Of a DNA stretch of 64,000 nt, positions 42,209 to 53,132 are shown piece after piece; the first letter of the stretch is position 1, and every line of letters begins with the position of its first letter. The stretch spans positions 32,001 to 96,000 of the forward strand of contig CALKOM010000001.1 of the NCBI GenBank assembly GCA_938091905.1, read 5' to 3'. A program made the translations under genes and the position numbers. Under the pieces are notes generated by a model. It did not search any database, had not been told where the DNA came from, and saw only the letters and a list, made by a program, of their open reading frames with translations. Origin of the DNA: an uncultured Verrucomicrobiales bacterium. Lineage in GTDB: Bacteria > Verrucomicrobiota > Verrucomicrobiia > Verrucomicrobiales > DEV007.

Positions 42209-43452
42209 TCCTCGAAGCGGCGCAGGATGATAGAGGCGTTGTGCCCTCCGAAGCCGAAGGAGTTGCTTAACGCGATATCTACTTTTGCTTCGCGCGCTTT
42301 GTTAGGCGTGTAGTCCAGGTCGCACTGGGGATCTTGATCTTCGAGATTGATGGTCGGTGGAATGATCCCATCTCGCATGGCGAGGGCGCAGGCGGCAAAC
42401 TCAACACCACCCGCGGCGCCTAACAGGTGACCGGTCATGGATTTGGTCGAACTTACGATGGTCTTCTTGGCGTGGTCACCAAGGGAGCGCTTGATGGCAA
42501 GTGTTTCGCAAACGTCACCAACCGGTGTGGAGGTGCCGTGAGCGTTGACATAATCGACCTCTTCGGGATTGAGCTTGGCGTGTTTGAGCGCCATGTTCAT
42601 GCAGTTGCTCGCTCCGTGACCTTCAGGCTGAGGTGAGGTCAGGTGATAGGCATCAGCTGAGACACCGTAGCCTGCAAGTTCACAATAGATTCGTGCTCCA
42701 CGTGCTTTGGCGGCTTCCAATTCCTCCAGCATCATGATGCCGGCACCTTCACCCATGACAAAGCCGTCTCGCCCGACATCGAAGGGCCTTGAGGCTCGCT
42801 GCGGGTCGTCGTTGCGTTTGCTGAGGGCCTTCATGTTACCAAATCCTGACAAACCCATGGGGCGAATGGAGGCTTCGGAACCACCGGCAATGAAATAGTC
42901 TGCATCGCCAAATTTGATCATGCGCCAGGCTTCACCGATGCAGTTGTTAGCTGTGGCGCAGGCGGTAACAATGCTCATGTTAGGGCCGCAAAGGCCGTGC
43001 TCCATGGCGATTTGACCGCTAGCGATGTTTGCGATCATCATGGGAATGGTCAGAGGCGAGACGCGGCTTGGATTGCGTTCTAGCAATTTCTTGTGATTGT
43101 CCTCCAGCGTGCCAAGGCCGCCGATGCCGCTACCGGCAATGACGCCGATGCGGTAGGGGTCAATGCTAGAAACGTCTAGCCCAGAGTCGTCGAGAGCGAG
43201 TTTGGCTGCAGCCATAGACAGCTGTGTGTAGCGGTCCATGCGTTTGCCGTCCTTGGGGGTCTTCAGATAGTTGGTCACATCAAAGTCGCGAACCTCGCCA
43301 CCAAAGGTGCAGCTGTATTCAGAAGTATCGAAGGCCGTAATAGGGCCAATCCCGCTTTTCCCGTGAGTGAGATTCTCCCAGAAAGTGCTGAGATCGTTAC
43401 CCACGGGTGAGAGGACACCCATGCCTGTTACCACTACTCGACGTTCGCTCAT
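42205..43452 (-). CDS. fabF: Beta-ketoacyl-ACP synthase II
   Basis: RRVVVTGMG, TACAT, NAHGTST, KSMTGHLLGAAG, NSFGFGGHN. Confidence 0.96.
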   Translation of the reverse strand: MSERRVVVTGMGVLSPVGNDLSTFWENLTHGKSGIGPITAFDTSEYSCTFGGEVRDFDVTNYLKTPKDGKRMDRYTQLSMAAAKLALDDSGLDVSSIDPYRIGVIAGSGIGGLGTLEDNHKKLLERNPSRVSPLTIPMMIANIASGQIAMEHGLCGPNMSIVTACATANNCIGEAWRMIKFGDADYFIAGGSEASIRPMGLSGFGNMKALSKRNDDPQRASRPFDVGRDGFVMGEGAGIMMLEELEAAKARGARIYCELAGYGVSADAYHLTSPQPEGHGASNCMNMALKHAKLNPEEVDYVNAHGTSTPVGDVCETLAIKRSLGDHAKKTIVSSTKSMTGHLLGAAGGVEFAACALAMRDGIIPPTINLEDQDPQCDLDYTPNKAREAKVDIALSNSFGFGGHNASIILRRFED

Positions 43453-43582
43453 TGTCTTAGGAGGCCCCGGAGGGCAGATTTTGGCGCTAAGGAAACCGGA
43501 TCATCCTCCGACGCAATCATTAAATGCCTCTGAATACGAGAGACTTGGGCCTCGTCTACTATGGCGAAAGGAGACATATCCC

Positions 43583-44158
43583 ATGAACAAATCAAACTTC
43601 CTTAAATCAGCGTCAACGTTCGCCATTGCAGCGGGCTTCTTTGTAAACGCGGCCTCTGCCGACCATCGCAAAGACAACGTGGGCAGTACCATTTGGAAGA
43701 TCGAAAGATCTACGGATGCCTTGGCCGAGTGCTTCCGTCATGAGCTGCAGGATCGCGGGCTCTGGAAGCCACGCGGGGCCTATGCCGTCTTGTTCAAGCG
43801 CGTAGCGACCTTGGAGAATCAGGGCGATAATTTGTTGAAATACTATAAGCGCGGTAAGGGTTACGCTTACCTTGCGAAGGCCGTTGCGATCACCGATGCG
43901 AATGCTCATGAAGCGGCTGACTTGGCCCGGCACTTGCGCGTTTCTCGCGTGACGGTCAACGGTATCAACCAAGTGAACGCGATGCTTCACTCGCTGAGGG
44001 GCCTGTGTGGAAACTACCGCGCTCCGAGGGCGCATCACTATGAACAGCGACGAGGTCACTACGATTATGGTCGTCGCGGGCGAGTCTACGACGAACGTCG
44101 TTATCAGAGAGAAGCGCCCATCCGTCATGCCTACCGGGAAATTCGCTGGATCTTCTAA
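43583..44158 (+). CDS. Hypothetical secreted helical protein with Arg/His/Tyr-rich tail
   Basis: AAGGAGA RBS upstream of ATG 43583; signal peptide ending ASA. Confidence 0.7.
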   Translation: MNKSNFLKSASTFAIAAGFFVNAASADHRKDNVGSTIWKIERSTDALAECFRHELQDRGLWKPRGAYAVLFKRVATLENQGDNLLKYYKRGKGYAYLAKAVAITDANAHEAADLARHLRVSRVTVNGINQVNAMLHSLRGLCGNYRAPRAHHYEQRRGHYDYGRRGRVYDERRYQREAPIRHAYREIRWIF

Positions 44159-44164
44159 GTTTGG

Positions 44165-46009
44165 CTACTCTATGGTGACAATGTCACCAAGCTTGAGCAC
44201 ACTGTAGAAGTGCTTTACGTCGGACCACGGCATGCGAACGCATCCGTGAGAGGCGGGGTAGCTAGGCACATTGGGCGAATAATGCAGGCCAAAGTCGCTG
44301 CAACTCAGTCGCATGAAGTATGGCATGGATGAGCCATAGATGGACGAGTTGTGGTGGCGGTGCTTGTTCGTGATTACGTAGGTTCCCTTGGGTGTGCGGT
44401 TTCCGCGTTTACCAGAAGAGACTCGAGATGAGCTGACGGCTTCACCATCCTTGTAAAGCGTGGCGCGTTGGCTTTTCAGAGAGACGGTCACCGTGCGTGA
44501 TTTGTCATTGGCTTCTCGTCCCAAGATCAACTGCATGATAGGAACATTGTGGCGTTCGGCTGCGAGGGCCACTGCATAGCGACGAAAGCGGGCGGAGTAT
44601 GCGTTCCGCTCAGCCCCATGGCTAATGAGATCGCTAACAGTGCTCTGCTGTTCCGTTAGGGCAGCCAGCATGAGGTAGGTGAGATTACGATCACGCTTGA
44701 GATAGTAGGTCGTCTTGGCGTCGCCTTCAAAGTAACCGAGGAAGGCTTTACTTGGCGGATCTTGAAGTCGAAGGTTTGGGTCGGCACCCATTTTTAATAG
44801 ACGTTTGGTCACGCGGTCCTGTCGGGCAGCGATGGAGAGGCCGAGCACACGTTGCTCAATCGAGGTAAATTCGTTCGGATCAGTGCCTTGATCGAGGAGG
44901 AGATTTACGCACTCCGGGCTGCCACTGAAGATAGCGAGTTCTAACAAGCCTTCTTTGTCTGTCCATTCTTTCTGATGATTGTGGTAGTGAGTAGCAATGA
45001 TTTGAGCGCCAGCACCGTGGCCACATTGGATCGCCCGGCGAAGTGTTCCCGTCGGATGAGCTCCTGCTTCGAGTAGCTCGATGACGCAACCCGTCTCAGC
45101 GAGATCCATGGAATGATTGATTAGAGTAATTCCAGATTGAGGATGCTTGGCATTGGCACTCACACCGTGATCCAAGAGGTGCCGAACGGTTTCGGTGTCA
45201 CTTTGTTCGATGGCTGTTAGAAGGTAGAGAGCGTGTTGCTGGATGTCGACTTTGGCCCCGCTTTCTAATAGAAGCTTTACGGATTCCGCGCAGCTGTCCT
45301 TGATAGCGAAGTCTAGGGGTGTTTCGCCCTCCTCTTCACTTGCGATGTTTGGGTTGGACTTGTTCTTTCCGGACAGAAGAGCTCGCGCGACGGTGAGATC
45401 ATCTTGACGGATAGCGTAGTGCAAAGGGGTGCGGCCTGTTTTGTCGCGGACATCAACATCGATGTTGGGGTGAGTTAGGAGAAGCTTTAACAACGTGCCA
45501 TCTCGCTCCTGGGTCGCTTTGAGCAACGCATGAATTTCATTCTCCTCACCGCCCTGCTTGAGTGCGACGTTAGGATTCTGGATGCGGGGAAGTAGTTTCT
45601 TAACGACGTCAAGATTACCTAACTGAATCGCATGGGCGAGTGGGGGGACGCCGTGTTCATCTGTTTGGTCGCAGTCGACGCCTGGCTGTTCCGTGAGAAA
45701 GTTCGTAATGGCTTGCTCTTTCTGAATAATGGACGCGATGAGCGGTGTCTTGCCATCGTCGCTCAGACCATTGAGGGGAACCCTCGCGGTGTGTAAGAGG
45801 GTGACCATTTCCAGGTCCTTCATCTTGATCGCGTTGTGAACACTGCGGGGTATTTGCTCGATCCCCGCTTCCCTGAGTTTTCGCATGGCCTTGTACCTGG
45901 GCATGCTGTCCCACAGAACCATGGAGCCAAGTGGGATCAGAAGACCAGCGACCCAGAAGGCGAAGTAGTGCAGTTTCTTGGGCTGTGTCTCTTGATCAGT
46001 CACGGGCAA
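44165..46009 (-). CDS. Membrane-anchored ankyrin-repeat protein fused to an L,D-transpeptidase (YkuD) domain
   Basis: N-terminal TM; repeats GKTPLI, GVPPLA, GRTPLHYA, GETPLDFA; C-terminal GLHY...ASHGCVRM. Confidence 0.9.
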   Translation of the reverse strand: MPVTDQETQPKKLHYFAFWVAGLLIPLGSMVLWDSMPRYKAMRKLREAGIEQIPRSVHNAIKMKDLEMVTLLHTARVPLNGLSDDGKTPLIASIIQKEQAITNFLTEQPGVDCDQTDEHGVPPLAHAIQLGNLDVVKKLLPRIQNPNVALKQGGEENEIHALLKATQERDGTLLKLLLTHPNIDVDVRDKTGRTPLHYAIRQDDLTVARALLSGKNKSNPNIASEEEGETPLDFAIKDSCAESVKLLLESGAKVDIQQHALYLLTAIEQSDTETVRHLLDHGVSANAKHPQSGITLINHSMDLAETGCVIELLEAGAHPTGTLRRAIQCGHGAGAQIIATHYHNHQKEWTDKEGLLELAIFSGSPECVNLLLDQGTDPNEFTSIEQRVLGLSIAARQDRVTKRLLKMGADPNLRLQDPPSKAFLGYFEGDAKTTYYLKRDRNLTYLMLAALTEQQSTVSDLISHGAERNAYSARFRRYAVALAAERHNVPIMQLILGREANDKSRTVTVSLKSQRATLYKDGEAVSSSRVSSGKRGNRTPKGTYVITNKHRHHNSSIYGSSMPYFMRLSCSDFGLHYSPNVPSYPASHGCVRMPWSDVKHFYSVLKLGDIVTIE

Positions 46010-46203
46010 ATCCTCGCCTGAAATTACACGGTCTATTAGGATTTTTTATAAACCGGATCTTTAGGGATTCAAGAGCTGCTCGAAATAAAAGTGGTGGAAG
46101 GCGAGCTTGAATCAGATGCTGCAACTTGCGGCGTGACATTAGCACACCCACGTTTATTTCTAGCATCTTGAGACGGCGTAGCCTCGTCTCGAAAGCCAAG
46201 CTC

Positions 46204-48006
46204 ATGTCGACCAAATCTGACTCTCCTGATCCCGAGGAATCCCCCGAGAGTATTGAGGATTTACGGTCTGTTCTCGCAGGGCTCGAAGACGAGATGGAGA
46301 CCTTGAAATCATCGCTCACAGACTTTGAAGAGTCTGACGAGGATGTTGATCCTTCGCTTGAAGATTTAGAGGATACTGCGAACCAGACCCGCTCGGCCTC
46401 GCGTCAGCTGGTGCCACGCGAAGCGCCCGAACGTCTCTATGACGAGCTGGGAGAGGAAGAATGTGACGCGATTCCCGGCGCCCGGGTTGTGCTCGATTTG
46501 AACCCCAAGCCGAATCCGGACAAGGTTCGCTCAAGGCGGGAGCCCAAAGTAGACTTGGCTAAGCCTGCTCGGGAGAAGGTCCCCCGCATTTCTAAGCGCG
46601 AACAGAAACGATTGGCACGCGAGGAGAAGGCTCGGGTGAGGGCCAAAGAAAGGGAGGCTGCGGCTGCTGAGCGGCGAGAGATCATCGAGGCGATCGTTCC
46701 GGAGGGTCAGGAGTTTGGCGAGGAACTTGCCGATGAACCCGTTCAGCGAAGCATGGATGAGCTCGATCTTGAGAATCCGTTGCCTGACGCGAGCTTTGCT
46801 CCAAATCGAGAGCACTCCGACTTGGTTATGGATCGTCGGCAACGGCGTCTTGAAGCCTCGGCGATTGCGGCAAAGAGAGAGCGTGAGCAGGACGAGGTCT
46901 GGGACCAGGGCGAGTTGCTGAATGAAGATGGCCTAGGCGCCAAAGAACGTCCGTTCAATCTGCCAATCTATCTGGTTCAGGCCGCGTTGGTATCGATAGC
47001 GGCCCTGCTTATTGTGATGGGCGTTAGGGCAGCCTATAACAGCATGCGCGGTGCCAAGGATGGCGAGGAGGAGCGGGCTCGGTCTGAAGTGCCGAATTTA
47101 CGGGCTTTGGGACTGATTGAGGCCCGTGAAGTTGTGCAGTCTTTCTTCAAGGCGGGCAGTTGGGAGGAGAAATTGGAATTTGTGCGGCAACCTGAAAAGG
47201 CGCGCCCTCGCATGGAGCGGTATTATAGAGATCATCCGGGCGAGGACGCAGCCATCGCTGGCGTCGACGTGATCGATCAGAAATACAACAGTCTGGTAGG
47301 TGGGGAGGGCTTCCTGATCCGATGCCAATTCCCAGATGATGAGGTGAAGCTGGTTCCCACCGTGCGTGTGCGCTCAGAAGCGCCCTTCTTTGTCGTCGAT
47401 TGGGAGGTTTTCGTGGACTATGCTGACGTTGATTGGGCTGCTTTCCTTGAAGCCAAGAAGCCGGAAAGCCGGGGAATCTACCGTATTTATGCCGCAGAGG
47501 ACGACTATTGGGGCCCTCCCTTCGAGGATATGGAGAAGTACCTTCCGGTAAAGATCTACAGTAAGAGTCGGGAGGAATCTGCTTATGGCTATGTCCAGCG
47601 GGGAACCCACGACTGGCGAGAGCTGCGAGGAGCGCTCAATGTGTCCCATTCACGTCTTCAGGGGAAAGCAGCTGGGTCGGGTATCAGCAGGATATTTCAG
47701 AAGATGGCAGCTGAAAGTGAAGATCCAAGGGCAACACTTCGAGCCATGAAGGAGATCCGAGATCTTCCCGAACCGGAGATAGACGAGACGGATTTGTTTG
47801 GAGCAAAGAACTTCATCAAACCCCGGCTATGGCAGCGACCGAAGGACGCCTGGGCTCCGATGACCGTGGAATTGAAGTTTCCAACAAACTCTGGGGGAAA
47901 CGGGTTTCTCCCCCGACTGGAGATTGTGCGGTTTCTATCGCCCAATTGGATTGTGGGCGAATCTCAGCTGGAGTTGGATGCTCAGGCTCCCATTCCTGCT
48001 CCATAG
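46204..48006 (+). CDS. Hypothetical single-pass membrane protein (acidic/charged N-terminus, periplasmic C-terminal domain)
   Basis: Long ORF; low-complexity charged N-half; one TM (IYLVQAALVSIAALLIVMGV). Confidence 0.7.
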   Translation: MSTKSDSPDPEESPESIEDLRSVLAGLEDEMETLKSSLTDFEESDEDVDPSLEDLEDTANQTRSASRQLVPREAPERLYDELGEEECDAIPGARVVLDLNPKPNPDKVRSRREPKVDLAKPAREKVPRISKREQKRLAREEKARVRAKEREAAAAERREIIEAIVPEGQEFGEELADEPVQRSMDELDLENPLPDASFAPNREHSDLVMDRRQRRLEASAIAAKREREQDEVWDQGELLNEDGLGAKERPFNLPIYLVQAALVSIAALLIVMGVRAAYNSMRGAKDGEEERARSEVPNLRALGLIEAREVVQSFFKAGSWEEKLEFVRQPEKARPRMERYYRDHPGEDAAIAGVDVIDQKYNSLVGGEGFLIRCQFPDDEVKLVPTVRVRSEAPFFVVDWEVFVDYADVDWAAFLEAKKPESRGIYRIYAAEDDYWGPPFEDMEKYLPVKIYSKSREESAYGYVQRGTHDWRELRGALNVSHSRLQGKAAGSGISRIFQKMAAESEDPRATLRAMKEIRDLPEPEIDETDLFGAKNFIKPRLWQRPKDAWAPMTVELKFPTNSGGNGFLPRLEIVRFLSPNWIVGESQLELDAQAPIPAP

Positions 48007-48078
48007 CCCCATAATTGAGGAAATTATCGTTGACGGGCAGCCCACTTGTCTGCACCTTTACATTGAGTCAATCATCTT

Positions 48079-48741
48079 ATGAAACATCAACTTACCCTCA
48101 TTCTTGCCGCCGCTGGCCTCGCTATGGGCAACAGCAGCGCTGCAACGCTCGATCTCTCAAGTCTTGGCGGGACGCTTGCTTTGGGCTACACGGATACTGC
48201 TGGCATCGTGGGTCTTAATATTTCTTATACTATCGGTCAGGACCCTGGGACCTCGGAGAGTAGTGGTTTCTCGGAGGATACTGGTGGAATGTCTCTGCCT
48301 GCCACTGGTTTTCCTGATGGTCATCTTGCGGTCGGCCCTGGTGACGTGGTGACGCTTGATTTTTCGGCTACTTCGGGTGTTGGGGAGGTGTTTATCGGTC
48401 TCTTCGATCTAGACAATAATACCTTTGGTGGGGACGAGGGTGTGACGGTGACGTCAGCAGAGGGGTCCGTATTCGAGCCTGGTTTCGGTGCTGACATTGA
48501 TAACGCCCGTGCGATTGATACAAATGTCTTTAACGTTGGGCCAATCACCCCCGATGCCAATGGAAAGATTACGCTAACGGCTTCCACAGCTTTGGAGCAG
48601 GCAGATGGCAGTTTGTCTATCAGCTCGGGTAATGGTTATTTTGCGTTTACCGTCGATAGCAATCCTGTCGTTCCTGAGCCTTCGAGTGCGCTTCTTGGTC
48701 TGCTCGGGCTGGCAAGCTTGGCAATGCGCCGTCGACGTTAG
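48079..48741 (+). CDS. PEP-CTERM sorting domain protein
   Basis: Signal peptide; C-terminus VPEPSSALLGLLGLASLAMRRRR. Confidence 0.93.
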   Translation: MKHQLTLILAAAGLAMGNSSAATLDLSSLGGTLALGYTDTAGIVGLNISYTIGQDPGTSESSGFSEDTGGMSLPATGFPDGHLAVGPGDVVTLDFSATSGVGEVFIGLFDLDNNTFGGDEGVTVTSAEGSVFEPGFGADIDNARAIDTNVFNVGPITPDANGKITLTASTALEQADGSLSISSGNGYFAFTVDSNPVVPEPSSALLGLLGLASLAMRRRR

Positions 48742-48767
48742 TTTCGGTTGCGACAATTGAATTTTGT

Positions 48768-48804
48768 AACGGCCTGCTTCTTCGGAAGCAGGCCGTTGTG
48801 CTTT
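48768..48804 (+). terminator. Probable intrinsic terminator after the PEP-CTERM gene
   Basis: Perfect 13-bp stem AACGGCCTGCTTC / GAAGCAGGCCGTT with TTCG loop, 26 nt after the stop; weak T tail. Confidence 0.75.
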
Positions 48805-49016
48805 CTCGAAGGCTAAACGAGATGTGAGATACCCGTTGGGAGTCCTTCACACAACCCTTGCCAGAATAGAAGTTCCAGATTCGTGTATGACTAGGCTGAA
48901 GCGGAAGAGGTTGTCGCGTTGGCACCTCCTAACGTCCGAGCTACTTGCTAACTTACCGCATCTCGCGCTTGGCGAATCTATGATCATGGGTAGGCTCGCG
49001 CCAACGCATTTCAATT

Positions 49017-50255
49017 ATGGCCCGGATCAACGACAACTACCTAAAGCTTAAGGCTGGCTATCTCTTTCCTGAGATCGGTCGCCGTGTGACTGCCTTTACT
49101 GAATCTCAGCCAGACGCTGCGAAGAAACTGATCCGATGCGGGATTGGTGATGTGACTGAGCCGTTGCCGCGTGCGGTGCGCAATGCCATGCACGACGCTA
49201 TCGACGAGCTGGGTGAACGTGAGACCTTTCGTGGTTACGGTCCCGAACAAGGCTACGATTTTCTACGAAAAGCCATTGCTGAGAATTGCTATCGTCACAG
49301 GGACATCGCTATCGCTGATGACGAGATCTTCGTTTCCGATGGCTCAAAGTGCGACACTGGCAATTTCCTAGACATCTTGGGACCAGGCAACCGCATTGCG
49401 ATCACGGATCCGGTCTATCCGGTCTACGTTGATACTAATGTCATGATCGGCAACACAGGAGAAGCCGACGAGAACGGTGCCTATGAAGGGCTCGTCTACT
49501 TGCCATGTACCGCGGACAATAACTTCGTTCCGGCCATTCCCGAAGAAGACGTCGATCTCATTTACCTATGTTATCCTAATAATCCGACCGGTGCAGCGGC
49601 CACGCGAGAGCAACTCGCAGCCTGGGTGGAGTATGCGAAAGCGCACCAAGCCATTATCTTGTATGATGCTGCCTACGAAGCCTTTATCAGCGATCCTGAC
49701 GTGCCGCACTCGATCTACGAAATCCCAGGTGCCGAAACCTGCGCAGTGGAGTTCCGGAGCTTCTCGAAGAACGGTGGGTTCACCGGTGTGCGTTGCGCCT
49801 TTACGGTTGTGCCAAAGGTCCTGATGGGGATGACAGCTTCAGGAGAAAGCCAAGCGCTGCATCCGCTTTGGAACCGAAGGATGTGCACGAAATTTAACAG
49901 TGTCAGCTATCCTGTCCAACGAGGCGCAGAAGCGCTCTTCTCCGGCGAAGGCAAAGCTGAGGTCGCTGAACTCGTTGCCCATTATATGGGCAACGCGAAA
50001 CTTCTTTCTGACGCCTGCCTCGAAATGGGTCTGTCTGTCTTCGGTGGCGTGAATGCCCCCTACATCTGGGTCGGCTGTCCTCAGGGTATCGACAGCTGGG
50101 GCATGTTTGATAAAATGCTCAACGAAGCCAATGTCGTGATCACGCCAGGATCTGGATTTGGTTCTGCGGGTGAAGGTTACTTCCGTATTTCGGCATTCAA
50201 CAGCCGGGCCAACGTCGAAGAGGTCTGCAAGCGCATGCAAGCGTTAGGTTTATAG
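49017..50255 (+). CDS. dapL: LL-diaminopimelate aminotransferase
   Basis: [49 protein letters not shown]. Confidence 0.96.
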   Translation: MARINDNYLKLKAGYLFPEIGRRVTAFTESQPDAAKKLIRCGIGDVTEPLPRAVRNAMHDAIDELGERETFRGYGPEQGYDFLRKAIAENCYRHRDIAIADDEIFVSDGSKCDTGNFLDILGPGNRIAITDPVYPVYVDTNVMIGNTGEADENGAYEGLVYLPCTADNNFVPAIPEEDVDLIYLCYPNNPTGAAATREQLAAWVEYAKAHQAIILYDAAYEAFISDPDVPHSIYEIPGAETCAVEFRSFSKNGGFTGVRCAFTVVPKVLMGMTASGESQALHPLWNRRMCTKFNSVSYPVQRGAEALFSGEGKAEVAELVAHYMGNAKLLSDACLEMGLSVFGGVNAPYIWVGCPQGIDSWGMFDKMLNEANVVITPGSGFGSAGEGYFRISAFNSRANVEEVCKRMQALGL

Positions 50256-50386
50256 GTTTCGTCAGTCTTACTAGTTGTGGCGCTTAAGACGACGCTATGG
50301 TAATTTGATGTGTTGGTTACTGGTTGTAGCATTGTCTTTTTTGTCTTGTCTTTATCGCTGCCAAGGAGTTTTTCAAAAGACTCCCC

Positions 50387-52459
50387 GTGTCGCCTTCGGT
50401 CCATCGGGCGTTGATCAGTGACCTTGGAGATCCCTTTTTAGCTCAGGCCTACCGACCAGAGAGTCTGTGGTGGCCCGGGGTGGATCTACTATTACAAGGT
50501 TACGGAGATGGCCGCATGTCATTTGGGATATGGGATCCCGAGACCCTTTGGGAATCCCGAGACCCGTTGGCGCCGGGAAGACCTCGACACGAGACCGCTG
50601 GAAACCCTTTCTGGTGATGGCAAGCACCTTGCCAGGGCAGTTTATGACGAAAAAGCAAAGAAGGACCCTTTTCAGCTTTACACGTTTCCAGACGGAAAAC
50701 TCTTATGGTCGAAGGCCTTGGGAGCTCGGAGATTCGCCTTTGCCGAAGGGTGTCCCTGGCTTTTTGGAGGGACATCATTTCGTCTAAAGGGCCTGACTCG
50801 CTACCTGGTAAAGAAGATCGATCTTGCAACGGGAGAGGTGCTGGAAGTTGGAAGAACCACAAGAAAGCGGAAAGAGCCACATTGGCCAGATCAATGCCTT
50901 GGGCGCGTCTAGCAGTTCCATTTATGTCGCGACCAAGCAGGAGGCGTTTTCACCCGAACTCTGGAAGGAAGAGCGTAAAGCCCTCACGAGTGTCAGATTC
51001 CTGCGACTTGATGCGACTACATTCGAAGAGTAGCCGGTGCCGCTGGATTGCCGAAAAGCCGAAGCTCGAGGCATTCAAGTTAGTCCTAACGGAAAGTAAC
51101 TTGCTGTCCGCTACATGCACCACACTGGAGTCATGACAGCCGATCTCAAGAAGAGATTCTCTGGCACGGACACTAGCAGTCGAGTGACGTTCTCGCCGGA
51201 TGGCAGTGAAGCCCTTATCCCAGGAAGTAATCGTATTGTGGTAGAGTCTCTTACTGTAAAGTCTGAGCCGCGATGTTTGGACTTTGGCGCGAAGGGAGTG
51301 GCCTATTCGCCGGATGGGTAAGAAGTGGCCTTTTGTGATACAGGTGGAGTCTTTCGATATAGCACCGAGACGTGGGAACTACTCGCTGATTTTGATCCTC
51401 ACCGTACGCACTGTCCGCCCCGTGGTGTTGTCTTTGATCCGGGGGGGCAACTACTCGGCTGTTCTTGATGGAGGATCAGGGCACCTTCGGGATCTCAGGA
51501 GGTTATCATTGTCCTATTCGCTTATCAGTTCGCGGGAATGCGATACCTGTTTCCATGGTCTTGCTATATTGCGAGATGGGGCCACGATCGCTGCCTCAGA
51601 CGGACGCGAGTTGATTCGATGGGATCTTCCAGAGAGCGCCTTTCAAGAAAGTGTAACTTCGCCTTCGATCTTCACAGGACGGCGGTTTACAGCACTGGCG
51701 TGCTGAGGAAGTGATTTGTCACTGCATTGAGTTGGCGCCCGCTGGAATTTTGAAGCAGATGGTGGTTCGTTGGGGGGCGAGTTTCGCTGGCTTATGGATG
51801 GCAAGTTGCATGAGATTCAGCTCGCCCATGCGCGGTTACCGGGCTTGTTGACGTGGGCACTTCACCCAAAGATGAGCGATTTGGTCTCTTTCGGCTGGCA
51901 TTCAGTGCGGGGTGGTTCTGAGAAGGTATTGAGCACCTATGATCTCAAGACGGGAGAAAGTAAGCGCCGATGGAAGGACGGGCCGAAATCGACCATTTTC
52001 AGTCGAGATGGAAGCCAGATTGTGGATGTCGATGGGGCGACGTTCCGGCTGTATGGTTGTGAGCGTCGCGTGGAAACTCAAATGATAGAATTGCCCAAAG
52101 TTGAGGGTCAGAGAAATTCCCTTCGCTGCCCCGCATGGAGCTCCAATGGGCGTCTACTAGCAACCGTGGTGCCGCATAATATGGCCTTTGATAGTGGACT
52201 AGAAGACTATGATCGCTTGGCGCTTTGGGAGGTACGATTACGGAAGTTGCTAGGAGCACTAACTATTCCCAGTAGGGTTCGGCCAAACCAGCTGGTGTTT
52301 GCACCTTCGAATGACGAGATCATTAGTGTGCATTCTGATAAGTTACTCATGCTTTGGGATGCTAAGAAGATTGTTCCCTCGGTGGCAAGACGCCCTAGTG
52401 TGAGAATAAGCCATCTGATCGGTCGGACTGGGTTGACGGGAGGGAAATATGCGACCTAA
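50387..52459 (+). pseudogene. Fragmented WD40/beta-propeller repeat gene
   Basis: Propeller motifs (SGDGKHL, SPNGK, FSPDG, YSPDG, FSRDG, WSSNG, LWDA) spread over several frames; in-frame stops at 51031, 51097, 51319 plus frameshifts; 5' end uncertain. Confidence 0.75.
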
Positions 52460-52467
52460 GAAGTAGG

Positions 52468-53072
52468 ATGGGCGTTCGCTACCCTCTGCAAGTGTCTCTG
52501 GTCGTTGGATTCTTTCCGAGCTGTGCCGTAGTGAATAATGGTCCGAAGGTGTCTAAGGAAACTCTGGTCCACCAAGTGTTCTCGGGGCACGAAGATTATC
52601 CGAAGACGATGGCAGTTTATTCAAACGACGAACTTCTTTCCAAGACGTCGACTGAGAATGCCAAGATCACGATTGATCTCAGCGAGCAGCGAGCACGATT
52701 GCTAGTGAATCAGCTCGTCGCGTTTGATGCCCCCTGCTGCACAGGAAAGGCGGGTAAGCTTAGGCCTACGGGAACGTTCCCCATAAAAGAGAAGATCAAA
52801 GACAAGCGCTCCAACATCTTCGGCAGTCTCTATCGTGGCGGGCGCAAGGTGTTCGGGGTTATCGGCGAAAATACGGTGGTTCCTACGACCGTTATGTGGG
52901 GTCGTCTCTGCCGTGCTGGATGCGGCTGACCGACGACGGGATCGTCCTCCATGGCAGCAAGTATGTGCACCGATATCCAAAGTCGAATGGCTGCATTCGC
53001 ATGCCTCATTCCGCAATTTCAGTGCTTTACGGGGCGGTATAGACGGAGATCCCCGTCCAAGTGGTGCTATAG
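52468..53072 (+). pseudogene. L,D-transpeptidase (lipoprotein), frameshifted
   Basis: IDLSEQR and PTGTFPIKEK in the first frame; after the G4 run near 52855 another frame gives WMRLTDDGIVLHG...SNGCIRMP; TAG at 53040; presumed original stop at 53072. Confidence 0.85.
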
Positions 53073-53132
53073 GCAGAAATTCGCTTTTGTTTTTACGGGA
53101 GATTGAGGACATTCTGGGGTTTCTTCGACATC

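Noticed and set aside
15237..43452. FabZ-like, acyl ligase and fabF as one polyketide/aryl-polyene cluster
   Set aside because: The genes are scattered over 28 kb among unrelated genes, with no ACP or chain-length factor nearby.
48800..49016. Possible lysine riboswitch upstream of dapL (GAAGAGG at about 48904)
   Set aside because: Only about 110 nt remain before the ATG, too short for the roughly 170-nt aptamer, and the other conserved elements are not visible.
20074..53042. Genome-wide stop-codon reassignment to explain the in-frame stops
   Set aside because: These stops are mixed TAA/TAG, co-occur with frameshifts, and are confined to two patches; intact genes end normally with all three stop codons.
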